Source: an uncultured Actinomycetes bacterium (lineage in GTDB: Bacteria > Actinomycetota > Thermoleophilia > UBA2241). From it: a DNA stretch of 64,000 bases. The notes under the pieces are model-generated. The model was not told the DNA's origin. It saw only the letters and a list, made by a program, of their open reading frames with translations, and did no database searches. A program made the position numbers and the translations under genes. The stretch is from positions 352,001 through 416,000 of the forward strand of contig CAVPVX010000011.1 in NCBI GenBank assembly GCA_963709345.1. Direction: 5' to 3'. Shown piece by piece: positions 35,633 through 45,287 of the stretch. Every line of letters starts with the position of its first letter. Within the stretch, counting starts at the first letter, position 1.

Positions 35633-36054
35633 CGGTGCGTCCCTCCTGGTTCGGTCTGCTACAGATGGAGATACCCCGGAGGGTACAGATGGACGACATC
35701 GCCGTGTTCATCGACCACGAGCCCGCACGAGGCTGAGCTGCTTCCATCGTCCGGGCCGCCCAGGCAGTGGCGTCTGTTCGCGCCGGGCGGCCCACGAGGA
35801 TCCCTCTTCAGGACCTACACCACATTGCGGGACTCGACTGGCATGTCTGCGGGTGACGTCCTGGCCCTGGCGACGAAGCGCGGCTGAGGTCGTGGCGGGA
35901 CGCCAGGAGCGCGCCTCACGCAGTACCTCGAGCGGTCGGAGCGCCGGGCAGCGGGGTTGGGCTCGCCCCAGGTCGCGCGCTTCGCGCATCCGCCCCTGAG
36001 GCCGCCGCGGCGCGATAGAATCCCCCGGCCCGCCGCGAACGCACGAGGACCGCC

Positions 36055-37540
36055 ATGACGCCTGAAGAGACCCTCGACCCCCAGGACTGGGCGGAGCTGC
36101 GCGCGCTCGCGCACCGCGCCGTGGACGACGCCGTGGACTACATGGCGTCCCTGCGCGAGCGCCCCGCCTGGGAGCACGCACCGGCGGAGGTCAAGGCGCA
36201 CTTCGCTCGGGCCGGCGCCGGCGGGGCCACAGCCCGTCGACGAGATCTACGCCGAATGGCTCGAGTACGTGCGGCCCTACCAGCTCGGCAACAGCCACCC
36301 GCGGTTCTGGGGCTGGGTGCTGGGCACCGGCACGCCCATGGGGATGATCGCCGAGATGCTGGCGGCGTCCACGGACGCGGTGAGCGGCATCTACTCGTTC
36401 GTCGCCAACAACTACGTCGAGCTACAGGTGCTGGACTGGTGCAAGCAGCTGCTCGGCTACCCGCTCGAGGCCGGGGGGCTGCTCACGAGCGGGTGCTCCG
36501 CCTCCAACCTGATCGCCCTGGCGGTGGCGCGCAACGCCAGGGCCGGGTTCGACGTGCGCGGGGAGGGGCTGGCCGGCGCGCCCGTGGGCACGGGCGGCGC
36601 GCCGGCGCGGCCGACGGTGTACTGCTCGTCCGAGGCGCACTCGTCGCTGACGAAGGCCGTCGAGCTGCTGGGCATGGGCACGAGGTCGCTGCGCCGCGTG
36701 CCCACCGACGGCGCCATGCGCATCGACCTCGGCGCGCTCGCGGACATGGTCGCGAACGACCGCGCCGCCGGGCTGCGCCCCGCGTGCGTCGTCGGCGTGG
36801 CCGGCACCACCAACACCGGGTCCATCGACGACCTGCCCGGGCTGGCCGACTTCTGCGCCGCGGAGGACCTGTGGTTCCACGTGGACGGCGCCTTCGGCGC
36901 CTGGGCCGCCATCGCCCCGGAGTCCCGTCACCTCGTCGCCGGCATGGAGCGCGCCGACTCGCTCGCCTTCGACCTGCACAAGTGGATGAACCTGACGTAC
37001 CCGGTCGGCTGCGTGCTGGTCCGCGACGCGCAGGCCCAGCTGGAGACGTTCTCGCTCACGCCGTCGTACCTGGCGCACGGCGAGGGCGACCGCGGCCTCA
37101 CGGCGGTGGACGTGCCCTGGCTCTCCGACTTCGGCTTCGAGCTGTCGCGCGGGTTCCACGCGCTCAAGGTGTGGATGGCGCTCAAGGAGCACGGCACGGA
37201 GAAGTTCGCGCGCGTGGTCCAGCAGAACATCGACCAGGCCAGGTACCTCGAGGGCCTGGTCGCGGCCGCACCCGAGCTGGAGCAGGCGCTGCCGGCGCAG
37301 CTGAACATCGTCTGCTTCCGCTACGTGCGCGCCGGCCGGGACGATGCCGCGCTGGACCAGCTCAACAAGGAGATCGAGCTTGAGCTGCAGGAGCGCGGCA
37401 TCGCGGTGCCGTCCGTCTCGACCATCCACGGCCGCAAGTACCTGCACGTGGCCGTCGCCAACCACCGCAGCCGCCGCGAGGACTTCGACCTGCTGGTGCG
37501 CGAGGTCGTGCGCCTGGGCGGGGAGCTCGCCGGCGATTGA
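36055..37540 (+). CDS. Group II PLP-dependent (aromatic amino acid-type) decarboxylase (frameshift near 36205-36230)
   Basis: HPRFWGW, AHSS, HVDGAFG and SLAFDLHKW (PLP lysine) motifs. Confidence 0.9.
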
Positions 37541-37557
37541 CGCGGGCCGGCGCCGTG

Positions 37558-37581
37558 TGTGGTTGTCAATTGACAACCACA
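37558..37581. promoter_or_regulatory. Perfect 24-bp palindrome containing TTGACA (putative operator)
   Basis: TGTGGTTGTCAA|TTGACAACCACA; a near-identical copy lies at 62711-62734. Confidence 0.8.
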
Positions 37582-37822
37582 GCACTGCTATCGACCCTCA
37601 TCGAGGGTCCCTGCGGCCGGAACCCGGAATCCCGAGAATCACCCGCCGCAGATCCATCGAGCGGTGGGCGGATGCGTCGCCATGCGGATGAAGCTTCGAC
37701 CATGGGACCAGGAGCCATCACACGATATCTAACCCCCAGTGGTCGAGAGTCGCGGCTGGACTCTGAGTGTGCCCATGGCAGAATCGAGCGAGCGCCGTAC
37801 TCGAGAATGCCGGAGGATCACT

Positions 37823-38668
37823 GTGGCTAGGGACTGGTCGGAATTCGAGGTCGAAGCCGTCATCGCTGACTACTTCGACATGCTCCGCACCGAGTTGCGT
37901 TGGGGGGACTAGAGCAAGAGCGTGCACCGGCACGCGCTCATGAGGCTGCTCAATGGTCGTTCCGATGGATCTGTTGAATTCAAACATCAGAACATCAGCG
38001 CTGTACTCATCGAGCTCGGCTATCCCTACATAGAGGGCTACAAACCGAGATGGAACCTTCAGGCCTTGCTGGCCGAAGCCGTGGATGTGAGGCTGAGCGC
38101 TGACCGCGAGCTCGAACGGGCCGTCAGATCAGCGGTGGACGCGCCCGCGGCTCCGACTGAGCTCGACGACCTGATTGACAGAATCGACGAGGCTCCGGCT
38201 CGGATTGAGAAGGCACGCCACAACGTCAAGTCGGAACCCGGCACCTTCTTGGTCAGTCCCACGATGAACTACCTGGAGCGCGAGGGCCGCAATCGGTCAC
38301 TGGGCCGCATGGGCGAGAAGTTCGCGCTGGCCTTTGAGACAGCACGGCTGGAGACGGCAGGCGCGACTCGACTATCGCGGCAGGTTGAGCACGTTTCCAC
38401 GACCCGAGGAGATGGACTCGGCTACGACATCCGGTCCTTCGAGGTTGGTGGAAGTGACAGGCTGATTGAGGTGAAGACGACGGGGTTCGGGAAGCAGACG
38501 CCCTTCTTCGTCAGCCGAAACGAGCTGATGGTGTCACGTCTCAGGCCTGAGTACTTCCTTTACCGGGCGTTCTCATACCGCACATCTCCGCGGCTCTACG
38601 TCCTGCAGGGGCCGATCGATCGCAACTTCAGCCTGGAGCCTGTCCATTATCGGGCTGGAATTGCCTAG
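37823..38668 (+). CDS. DUF3883 (NO-VEIN C-terminal-like) PD-(D/E)XK nuclease with an in-frame TAG at 37910-37912
   Basis: GGAGG plus GTG 37823 gives DWSEFEVEAVIADYFDML; SVEFKHQNISA, GLGYDI.SF and IEVKTT motifs; lower GC. Confidence 0.8.
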
Positions 38669-39161
38669 CGGCCCCTTCCGCGGGGGCCGGGGACAGACCT
38701 CTCAGGCGAAGTTGTGAGCCAGGGAGTGACGAAGCCGATCAATGTGGCGGGTTTCGCACTCCCAGACGACGATGACTCGCCATCCCATTTGTTGAAGTTC
38801 TGCACTGACCGCTGTACATCGCCATCCGGTCGGATGGCACCAAGGCGTATCTCACCGGTGGGCTGATCCGTCACGCCGTCGTGATCGACACCGTCAAGGA
38901 TGTCGTACTCGGCGACGTCGGCCGCAAGCTGATTCAGACGGACGGTGTCGCTGTGCGGCCGTTCTGGTGGTCCACGGCCTGCGTGGAGGTCCTGCGCGAG
39001 GGCCAGTGACGAGGGCCAGGCGCCGGCGCTCTTCGCCATCGGCGGGCGTTGACGGCGCGCACTGCTTCGCTCACATCTTCTGGAATGCACGTTCCTGGTT
39101 GACGCGTTCCCACACTATCTGTAATCTCCTCTCCATTCCGAATCGCACTTGGGGGACGTTG

Positions 39162-40055
39162 ATGGCGACGGTGAGCACGGCTCGCGGCCCGCAGGGGCTC
39201 GTGAACCTGGTGAACGAGCGCATGCACGAGCTGACCGGCGCTGAGCGCAAGGTCGCCCGCGTCTTCCTCGCGTCGTATCCGATCTCAGGTCTTGAGCACG
39301 TGGCTCAGCTTGCGCATCGTGCCAAGGTCAGCGGGCCGACGGTGATGCGCTTTGTGAGCAAGATCGGCTTCGACGGCTATCTGGAGTTCCAGGAGGCGCT
39401 GCGTCGCGAGGTCCAGGAGAAGCTGACGTCGTCGCTCACGCAGTACCCGGAGCCCGATGTAGCCGCCGCCGGCGGCACGCTTCCTACGAGCCTGCGGGTG
39501 TTCCACGCCGAGCTGGACAAGAGCTTCGCCGGCCTTTCGGAGGCCGAGTTCGACGCGGTCGTCGAGCTCCTGGCCGACCCGCGCTACTCCATCTGCTGCA
39601 CCGGCGGGCGCTTCAGCCAGATCTTCGCCTACTTCCTCTTCCAGCATCTCAACATGATGCGTCCCAAGTGCCGGCACATTGTCGCCGCACCCACGCCGGG
39701 CTGGGACGAGCTCATCGATGTGGACAAGCGCACCGTCATGGTCGTCTTCGACTACCGCCGGTACCAGAACTCCACCATCGAGTTCGCCAGGCGGGCCGCC
39801 GAGCAGGGTAGCCAGATCGTCCTGTTCACGGACCCTTGGCTCAGCCCGGTGGCCGACGTCGCGCGCCACGTGCTCACGTCCACGGTGCAGGGACCATCGC
39901 CGTTCGACACCATGGTCACGGGGCTGGCGGTCATCGAGGCGGTCCTGGCCGGCCTGTCCGTCAAGCTCGGCGCGCAGGCCAAGCCGCGAATCGCCGAGCT
40001 CGAGCGCCTGCGGGCCGGTACCACGTGGGGCGAGCTTGTCATGGAAGCGGACTGA
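39162..40055 (+). CDS. MurR/RpiR family transcriptional regulator (HTH + SIS)
   Basis: LTGAERKVA, VSGPTVMRF..KIGF.GY and FDYRRY motifs. Confidence 0.92.
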   Translation: MATVSTARGPQGLVNLVNERMHELTGAERKVARVFLASYPISGLEHVAQLAHRAKVSGPTVMRFVSKIGFDGYLEFQEALRREVQEKLTSSLTQYPEPDVAAAGGTLPTSLRVFHAELDKSFAGLSEAEFDAVVELLADPRYSICCTGGRFSQIFAYFLFQHLNMMRPKCRHIVAAPTPGWDELIDVDKRTVMVVFDYRRYQNSTIEFARRAAEQGSQIVLFTDPWLSPVADVARHVLTSTVQGPSPFDTMVTGLAVIEAVLAGLSVKLGAQAKPRIAELERLRAGTTWGELVMEAD

Positions 40056-40069
40056 ACGTGGGAGGCGTT

Positions 40070-41437
40070 GTGACGGCAGACGACGAGACGCGTATGGAAC
40101 AGCTTGTGGCCCGGTTGCGCGAGGCCGGCGTGAAGCATGTGGTCGCCACCATGGTGGACAGCGGCAGCATCACCAGGGTCAAGTGCTTCAGTCTGGACGA
40201 CCTCGCGTCCTTCGCGCGCTGGGGCTCCGGCTTCTCGATCCTGTGGGCTCTGGTGCTGAGCAACGACCACTTCACGACCACGGAGGCCATCCAGGGGCCG
40301 GCGGGCGACTTCCGCATGCTGCCCGACCCGGAGGTCGTGGTCCAGCTCGCGACCACGCCCAAGTGGGCGTGGACGCCCATGGACCTCTATGACCAGGAGG
40401 GCGAGCCGCTGTCCATCTGTCCGCGCGGCTTTCTGAAGCGGATGACCGCCGAGGCGGAGGCTCGCGGCTACTCCGTGCGCATGGCCTATGAGCTCGAGTG
40501 GCTCCTCGCCGCGATCCTCGACGACGGCCGTGTGGAGCCCGTCCATCGCGGCCCCGGGTACAGCTCCAACGCCTGGGCTCTGACCCACGAGTTCTCGGCC
40601 GACCTGCTCGAGGCGTTGGCGGACCAGGGCGTGCGCGTCGCCCAGCTCCACCCGGAGTACTCGGACGGCCAGATGGAGGTCTCGCTCGGCGTCGCCGATC
40701 CTCTCACCGCCGCCGACTGGCACGTGCTGTTCCGCCACACGGTGCGCACCATCAGCGAGCAGCACGGCTACAGGTCGTCGTTCTCGCCGGTCACCGTCCC
40801 CGGGCTCGGCAACGGCTGCCATCTCCACTTCAGCCTCTACGACCCGGCGGGCGAGAACCTCTTCTGCGGGGGGGATGGGGTGATCGGCCTCACGACGACG
40901 GGCGACGCTTTCCTCGCCGGCGTGCTCGCCGAGCTGAGCGCCATCCTCGCGCTCGCCTGCCCCACGGTGCCGTCTTACGAGCGCCTGCAGCCGCAGCACT
41001 GGGCAGGCGCGTACCGGGTCTGGGGCCACGAGAACCGCGAGGCGGCGCTGCGCTTCATCACCGGCATGGCCGGGGGCCGGAAGGACACGGCCAACATGGA
41101 GTTCAAAGCGGCGGACTGCTCCGGGCACCCGTACCTGCTGCCCGGCGCCATCATCGCCGCCGGCCTGCACGGTATCGAGCAGGGCATGATCCTGCCGGAG
41201 CCGTGTCGGGTCGACCCCGGGTCGCTCACGGAGGAGGAGCGGGCAGCTGCGGGCTACGAGCGGCTTCCCGCCAGTCTCAGCGCGGCTGCCGACGCGCTGG
41301 CGGGCTCCACGGTCCTGCGCGCGGCCATGGGCGACGTCCTGCACGACTGCATGATCGCTGTGCGCAGGGCGGAGGCCGAGGCCGACGAGGGACGGCCCAT
41401 CGAAGAGTTGGTCAAGGAGCAGCTGTGGCGCTTCTAG
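40070..41437 (+). CDS. Glutamine synthetase-like gamma-glutamyl ligase
   Basis: ELEW, HPEY..GQME, GNGCHLHFS, SYERL and WGHENRE motifs; the flap reads HWAG rather than the GSI YEAP. Confidence 0.9.
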   Translation: MTADDETRMEQLVARLREAGVKHVVATMVDSGSITRVKCFSLDDLASFARWGSGFSILWALVLSNDHFTTTEAIQGPAGDFRMLPDPEVVVQLATTPKWAWTPMDLYDQEGEPLSICPRGFLKRMTAEAEARGYSVRMAYELEWLLAAILDDGRVEPVHRGPGYSSNAWALTHEFSADLLEALADQGVRVAQLHPEYSDGQMEVSLGVADPLTAADWHVLFRHTVRTISEQHGYRSSFSPVTVPGLGNGCHLHFSLYDPAGENLFCGGDGVIGLTTTGDAFLAGVLAELSAILALACPTVPSYERLQPQHWAGAYRVWGHENREAALRFITGMAGGRKDTANMEFKAADCSGHPYLLPGAIIAAGLHGIEQGMILPEPCRVDPGSLTEEERAAAGYERLPASLSAAADALAGSTVLRAAMGDVLHDCMIAVRRAEAEADEGRPIEELVKEQLWRF

Positions 41438-41464
41438 AGCAGGTCACCCAAGGAGGATGCTGAG

Positions 41465-42652
41465 GTGAGCGCACACGCCAAGGTCGTGGACCTGACGGGG
41501 AGCCCCGTCATCGACGACCACTGCCACGGGTTCCGCGCCGCCGATCTCGTAGGCCTCGACCCGCTCGGCTGGGAGGACAGGCTCACGATGATGGGCATGT
41601 GCTTTCTCTCGTCGGGCCAGACCGACCCCGCGCTGGCCCGCCAGGTCACCGGGCTGAGAGACGGCACGGTCTTCGCGCTCACGGCGCGGCGCTGGCTTGC
41701 CCGGCGGCTCGGCGTGGAGCCGGAGGCGCACGCCCTTGCCGTCGCCCGCGCGGCAGCGATCGGCGCCGACCCCGAGGGCTACTGCGCCCGGCTCATGGCC
41801 GAGCAGAACATCACCGCCGTGATCGCCGACGAAGGCTACCCTCAGCCGCCCGTCCTCCGGGCGGAGTTCGAGCACAGCCTCGGCGTGCCCGTTCACCGGG
41901 TGGCACGCATCGAACCCATGATCGTCGACCTCCAGGCTCTGGATCTGGGCTGGCGGGACTTCGAGGCCGGTTTTGAGGCGCGCCTCGAAGAAGCGGCTAC
42001 GGATGCCCACACGGTCGGGTTCAAGTCGATCATCGCCTACCGCACCGGCCTTGATGTCGGCGCGCCTACGGCGGCCGAGGCCGGTCAGGCGTACGAGAAG
42101 TGGCGGGCTGCCGGCTGGCCCAAGGATCGTGGCTCGGGCAAGGTCGTTCGCGACTACTGCCTGCGCGCCACCCTGCGCGCCGCCCGGCGTCACGACCTCG
42201 TGATGCACCTGCACTGCGGCGGCGGCGACCCGGACATCGTCCTTGCTCACGTGCGCCCTCAGGACGTCTTCAGCCTGCTGCACGACCACATGGATCAGCC
42301 GATCATCCTCATCCACGGCGGGTATCCGTGGATGGCCGAGGCGGCATACATCGCCAGCATCCTCCCGTTCGTGTACATCGACCTCTCCGAGTTCCTGCCG
42401 TGGGCGACGCTCGGCATCGACCGCGAGCTCGAGATGCTGCTCGGCGTGGTGCCCGCCGGGAAGATCCTGTACGGATCGGACGAAGCGTCCGAGCCGGAGG
42501 TCTTCTGGCTCTCGGCGCGCATCGCGCGCGAGGCACTCGAGCGCGTGCTCGGGCGAGCCGTCCAGCGCGACTACCTGACGGTCGCTCAGGCGATAGAGCT
42601 CGGGCGCGGCGTGCTGGCAGGCAACACGGCGAGGCTGCATGGCATCGGCTGA
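41465..42652 (+). CDS. Amidohydrolase_2 family protein, like the FluG/nodulin N-terminal domain
   Basis: IDDHCH, FKSIIAYRTGL, HCG.GD.D, HGGYP and KILYGSD motifs. Confidence 0.88.
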   Translation: MSAHAKVVDLTGSPVIDDHCHGFRAADLVGLDPLGWEDRLTMMGMCFLSSGQTDPALARQVTGLRDGTVFALTARRWLARRLGVEPEAHALAVARAAAIGADPEGYCARLMAEQNITAVIADEGYPQPPVLRAEFEHSLGVPVHRVARIEPMIVDLQALDLGWRDFEAGFEARLEEAATDAHTVGFKSIIAYRTGLDVGAPTAAEAGQAYEKWRAAGWPKDRGSGKVVRDYCLRATLRAARRHDLVMHLHCGGGDPDIVLAHVRPQDVFSLLHDHMDQPIILIHGGYPWMAEAAYIASILPFVYIDLSEFLPWATLGIDRELEMLLGVVPAGKILYGSDEASEPEVFWLSARIAREALERVLGRAVQRDYLTVAQAIELGRGVLAGNTARLHGIG

Positions 42653-43853
42653 CGAGATCTGCGAGACCCGCGAGACCGGGGAGGCCGCGTCGTTGGCTGC
42701 CACGGAGGCAGGCTCCTGGGCAGCTGCGCACGCGGCTCGGTTCGTGCAGCGACTGGCCGAGCTTGTCGCCATCGACAGCGGCCCAGACGCGCCGGAGGGT
42801 CGCGAAGAAGTGGCCGGCCTGCTCGCCGGCTGGGCCGCCGCCTGCGGCTGCGAGACGGAGGTCGCGGCGCACCCCGGCGGTTCGCACCTCATCTGCCGCC
42901 TGCCCGGGAGCGGCGCCGGCAAGATCGTGCTCCTCGGCCACCACGACACCGTGTTCGCGAAGGGCACGGCGGCGGAGCGGCCGATGACCGTGAGCGACGG
43001 AGTGGCGTACGGCCCAGGCGTCGCCGACATGAAGGGCGGGCTGCTGGTCGCTCTCACCGCCATCGAGGCGCTCGCGAGCGGCGCGAGGCCGTTCGCTGCC
43101 GTTGAACTGCACAGCGTCCCGGACGAAGAGGTGAGGGTCGTGCCCTTCGCGACGATCGATCGAGTCGCCGACGCCGACGCCGTGTTCGTCCTCGAGTGTG
43201 GCCGCGAGAACGGCGACTTCGTCGCCGGCCGGAAGACCGGCGCTTGGCTGCGCCTGGCCGTCGAGGGTGGATCGGCGCACGCCGGCACAGAGCCCGGCCT
43301 GGGGAGGAGCGCGGTCGTCGGGCTGTGTCATGAGGTGCTGCGTCTCACTGCGCTCGACGGCGTTCGCCCGGGGCTCACCGTCGTCGCGGGGACCGTCGCC
43401 GGCGGCACCATCGCCAACGTGATCCCGGAGCACGCCGAGGCGATCATCGACGTGCGCGCCCCTGCGCGAGCCGACTTCGACTGGGCGGTGCGGGAGATCG
43501 CCCGCTCCGGCGAGCACGACGGGCTCACCGTGTCGGTCGAGAACCAAGGCACGTGGCCCGGCATCGAGCCCACGACCGCCGGCGACCTCCTGCTCGCGAC
43601 GGCCGTACGGCTCGCGCGCGAGCAGGGTCTCGGCGTCGGCGGGCAGATCAGCGGCGGCATGTCGGACGGCTGTTGGACCGCCGCCCGGGGAGTGCCCACG
43701 CTCGACGGGCTCGGCCCCGTGGGGGGGCTCGACCATTCGCCGTCCGAGTACATCGTGCTCGACTCGGTGCCGCGGCGCTGTGGCATCGTCGCGGGCCTCT
43801 GCACTGCGGTCGGCGGCGGGCTGCGCGACTCGGCGGCGGCACGGGCGGGTTGA
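42639..43853 (+). CDS. M20 metallopeptidase, glutamate carboxypeptidase G2-like
   Basis: GHHDTVF, GPGVADMKGG, DEE, SAHAG, GGMSDG and DGLGP.GG.DH motifs. Confidence 0.9.
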   Translation: MASADEICETRETGEAASLAATEAGSWAAAHAARFVQRLAELVAIDSGPDAPEGREEVAGLLAGWAAACGCETEVAAHPGGSHLICRLPGSGAGKIVLLGHHDTVFAKGTAAERPMTVSDGVAYGPGVADMKGGLLVALTAIEALASGARPFAAVELHSVPDEEVRVVPFATIDRVADADAVFVLECGRENGDFVAGRKTGAWLRLAVEGGSAHAGTEPGLGRSAVVGLCHEVLRLTALDGVRPGLTVVAGTVAGGTIANVIPEHAEAIIDVRAPARADFDWAVREIARSGEHDGLTVSVENQGTWPGIEPTTAGDLLLATAVRLAREQGLGVGGQISGGMSDGCWTAARGVPTLDGLGPVGGLDHSPSEYIVLDSVPRRCGIVAGLCTAVGGGLRDSAAARAG

Positions 43854-43972
43854 TGAAGACACGACAGAGGGAGTCGATGAGCAGACACATCCGCAGGCGG
43901 GCGCGTTCTTCAAGCCCAGGTAGGAAATGGCGGTCGCCCGGGAGGCGGACGGCCCAGACGAAGGGGAACAAC

Positions 43973-45166
43973 GTGAGGAAGCTCTATCTGACAGTGGGGT
44001 TGCTGCTGGTCGCAGTGGCGGCCGTGGCCTTGGTGGGCTGCGGCGGAAACGGGGATGACGCCGCCGACGGAGGCGGGGATGTCTTCAAGATCGGGTACTC
44101 CGCCGACCTCAGCGATGGGTACTCGTCCTACGACACGCCGATCCTGCAGGGCGTCGAGTTCGCGATCGATGAGATCAACGAGGCCGGCGGCATCAACGGC
44201 ATGATGCTCGAGCTCGAGTACAAGGACAACAAGAACGACAAGGCCCTCGCGATCCAGACGACGCAGGAACTCATCAACGGGGGCATCCAGTACATGGTCG
44301 GCACGACGGCGGACAACGTCACTGCCATCAACCGGCTGGCCGGCGACAAGGAGATCCCGTCCGACACCGGAGACGGCACCGCGCCCAACCTGCCGCGCGA
44401 CAACGGGGAGTTCTCCTTCCAGTACATCATGGGCGACAACGTCCAGGGCGCAGCGATGGCCAACTACTGCTACACCGATCTCGGGTATCGCTCCGCGTAC
44501 CTGCTTCGCTCCCAGGACGTCGCCTACACGGCGAACCTGCCCACGTACTTCTCGGATGTGTTCAAGCAGCTCGGCGGCAGCATCGTCGGCACCGCCGACT
44601 ACAAGCTTGGAGCAGGCGACTTCTCGGCTCAGGTCACCAAGATCAAGAACGCGAGCCCGAAGCCGGACATGATCTACACGCCGATGTTCATGCCCGACAC
44701 GCCTGTGTTCCTCAAGCAGCTCAAGGCGGCCGGCGTCGACATCCCGGTGGTCACCTCCGACGGCAACGACACGCCGGACATCCTCACCGCCGGCCCCGAG
44801 GCTCTTGACGGCATGATCCTCACCACGTTCGCGTATCCCGAGCCCGGTACCACGCTGGCCGACTTCTATGACAAGTACGAGGCCAAGACCGGCGCCCCAC
44901 CCGAGACGGTGATCGTGGCCAACGGCTACGACCTCATCCAGGTTCTCAAGGCGGGTCTCGAGGCGAGCGGCGGCGAGGGCGGCGCGGCGCTTCGCGACGC
45001 GATCGCCAATCTGAGCGGTGTCCAGCTCAGCACGACCGACGACTTCATCATGAATCCCACCACGCGGCAGGCGAAGCGCGAGGTCTGCCTGCTGAAGATG
45101 GACGGCAACGAGTTCACGTTCGTCAAGTACCTGCCGTACCCGGCGTTCGTGCCCGAGCCGCTGTGA
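43973..45166 (+). CDS. Liv-type (HAAT) ABC transporter substrate-binding lipoprotein
   Basis: LVGC lipobox, FAIDEINEAGGING and DFSAQVTKIK motifs. Confidence 0.9.
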   Translation: MRKLYLTVGLLLVAVAAVALVGCGGNGDDAADGGGDVFKIGYSADLSDGYSSYDTPILQGVEFAIDEINEAGGINGMMLELEYKDNKNDKALAIQTTQELINGGIQYMVGTTADNVTAINRLAGDKEIPSDTGDGTAPNLPRDNGEFSFQYIMGDNVQGAAMANYCYTDLGYRSAYLLRSQDVAYTANLPTYFSDVFKQLGGSIVGTADYKLGAGDFSAQVTKIKNASPKPDMIYTPMFMPDTPVFLKQLKAAGVDIPVVTSDGNDTPDILTAGPEALDGMILTTFAYPEPGTTLADFYDKYEAKTGAPPETVIVANGYDLIQVLKAGLEASGGEGGAALRDAIANLSGVQLSTTDDFIMNPTTRQAKREVCLLKMDGNEFTFVKYLPYPAFVPEPL

Positions 45167-45200
45167 GAAGCGCTCACCCGGCTGCGAGCGTGTGACCGGT

Positions 45201-45235
45201 GGTGCCGGCGGGGCGCGCAGCGCCCCGCCGGCACC
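45201..45235 (+). terminator. 16-bp GC hairpin after the binding-protein gene (mRNA-stabilising or partial terminator)
   Basis: GGTGCCGGCGGGGCGC-GCA-GCGCCCCGCCGGCACC; no U-tract. Confidence 0.6.
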
Positions 45236-45287
45236 CCGGGCCGCCGGAGCCGCCGTCGGCGCCTAAGGAAGAAGGAAGGACCGTAGC

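Noticed and set aside
38665-39090. 141-aa minus-strand ORF after the DUF3883 gene
   Set aside because: No convincing start or family motif; possibly a remnant, but unassignable.
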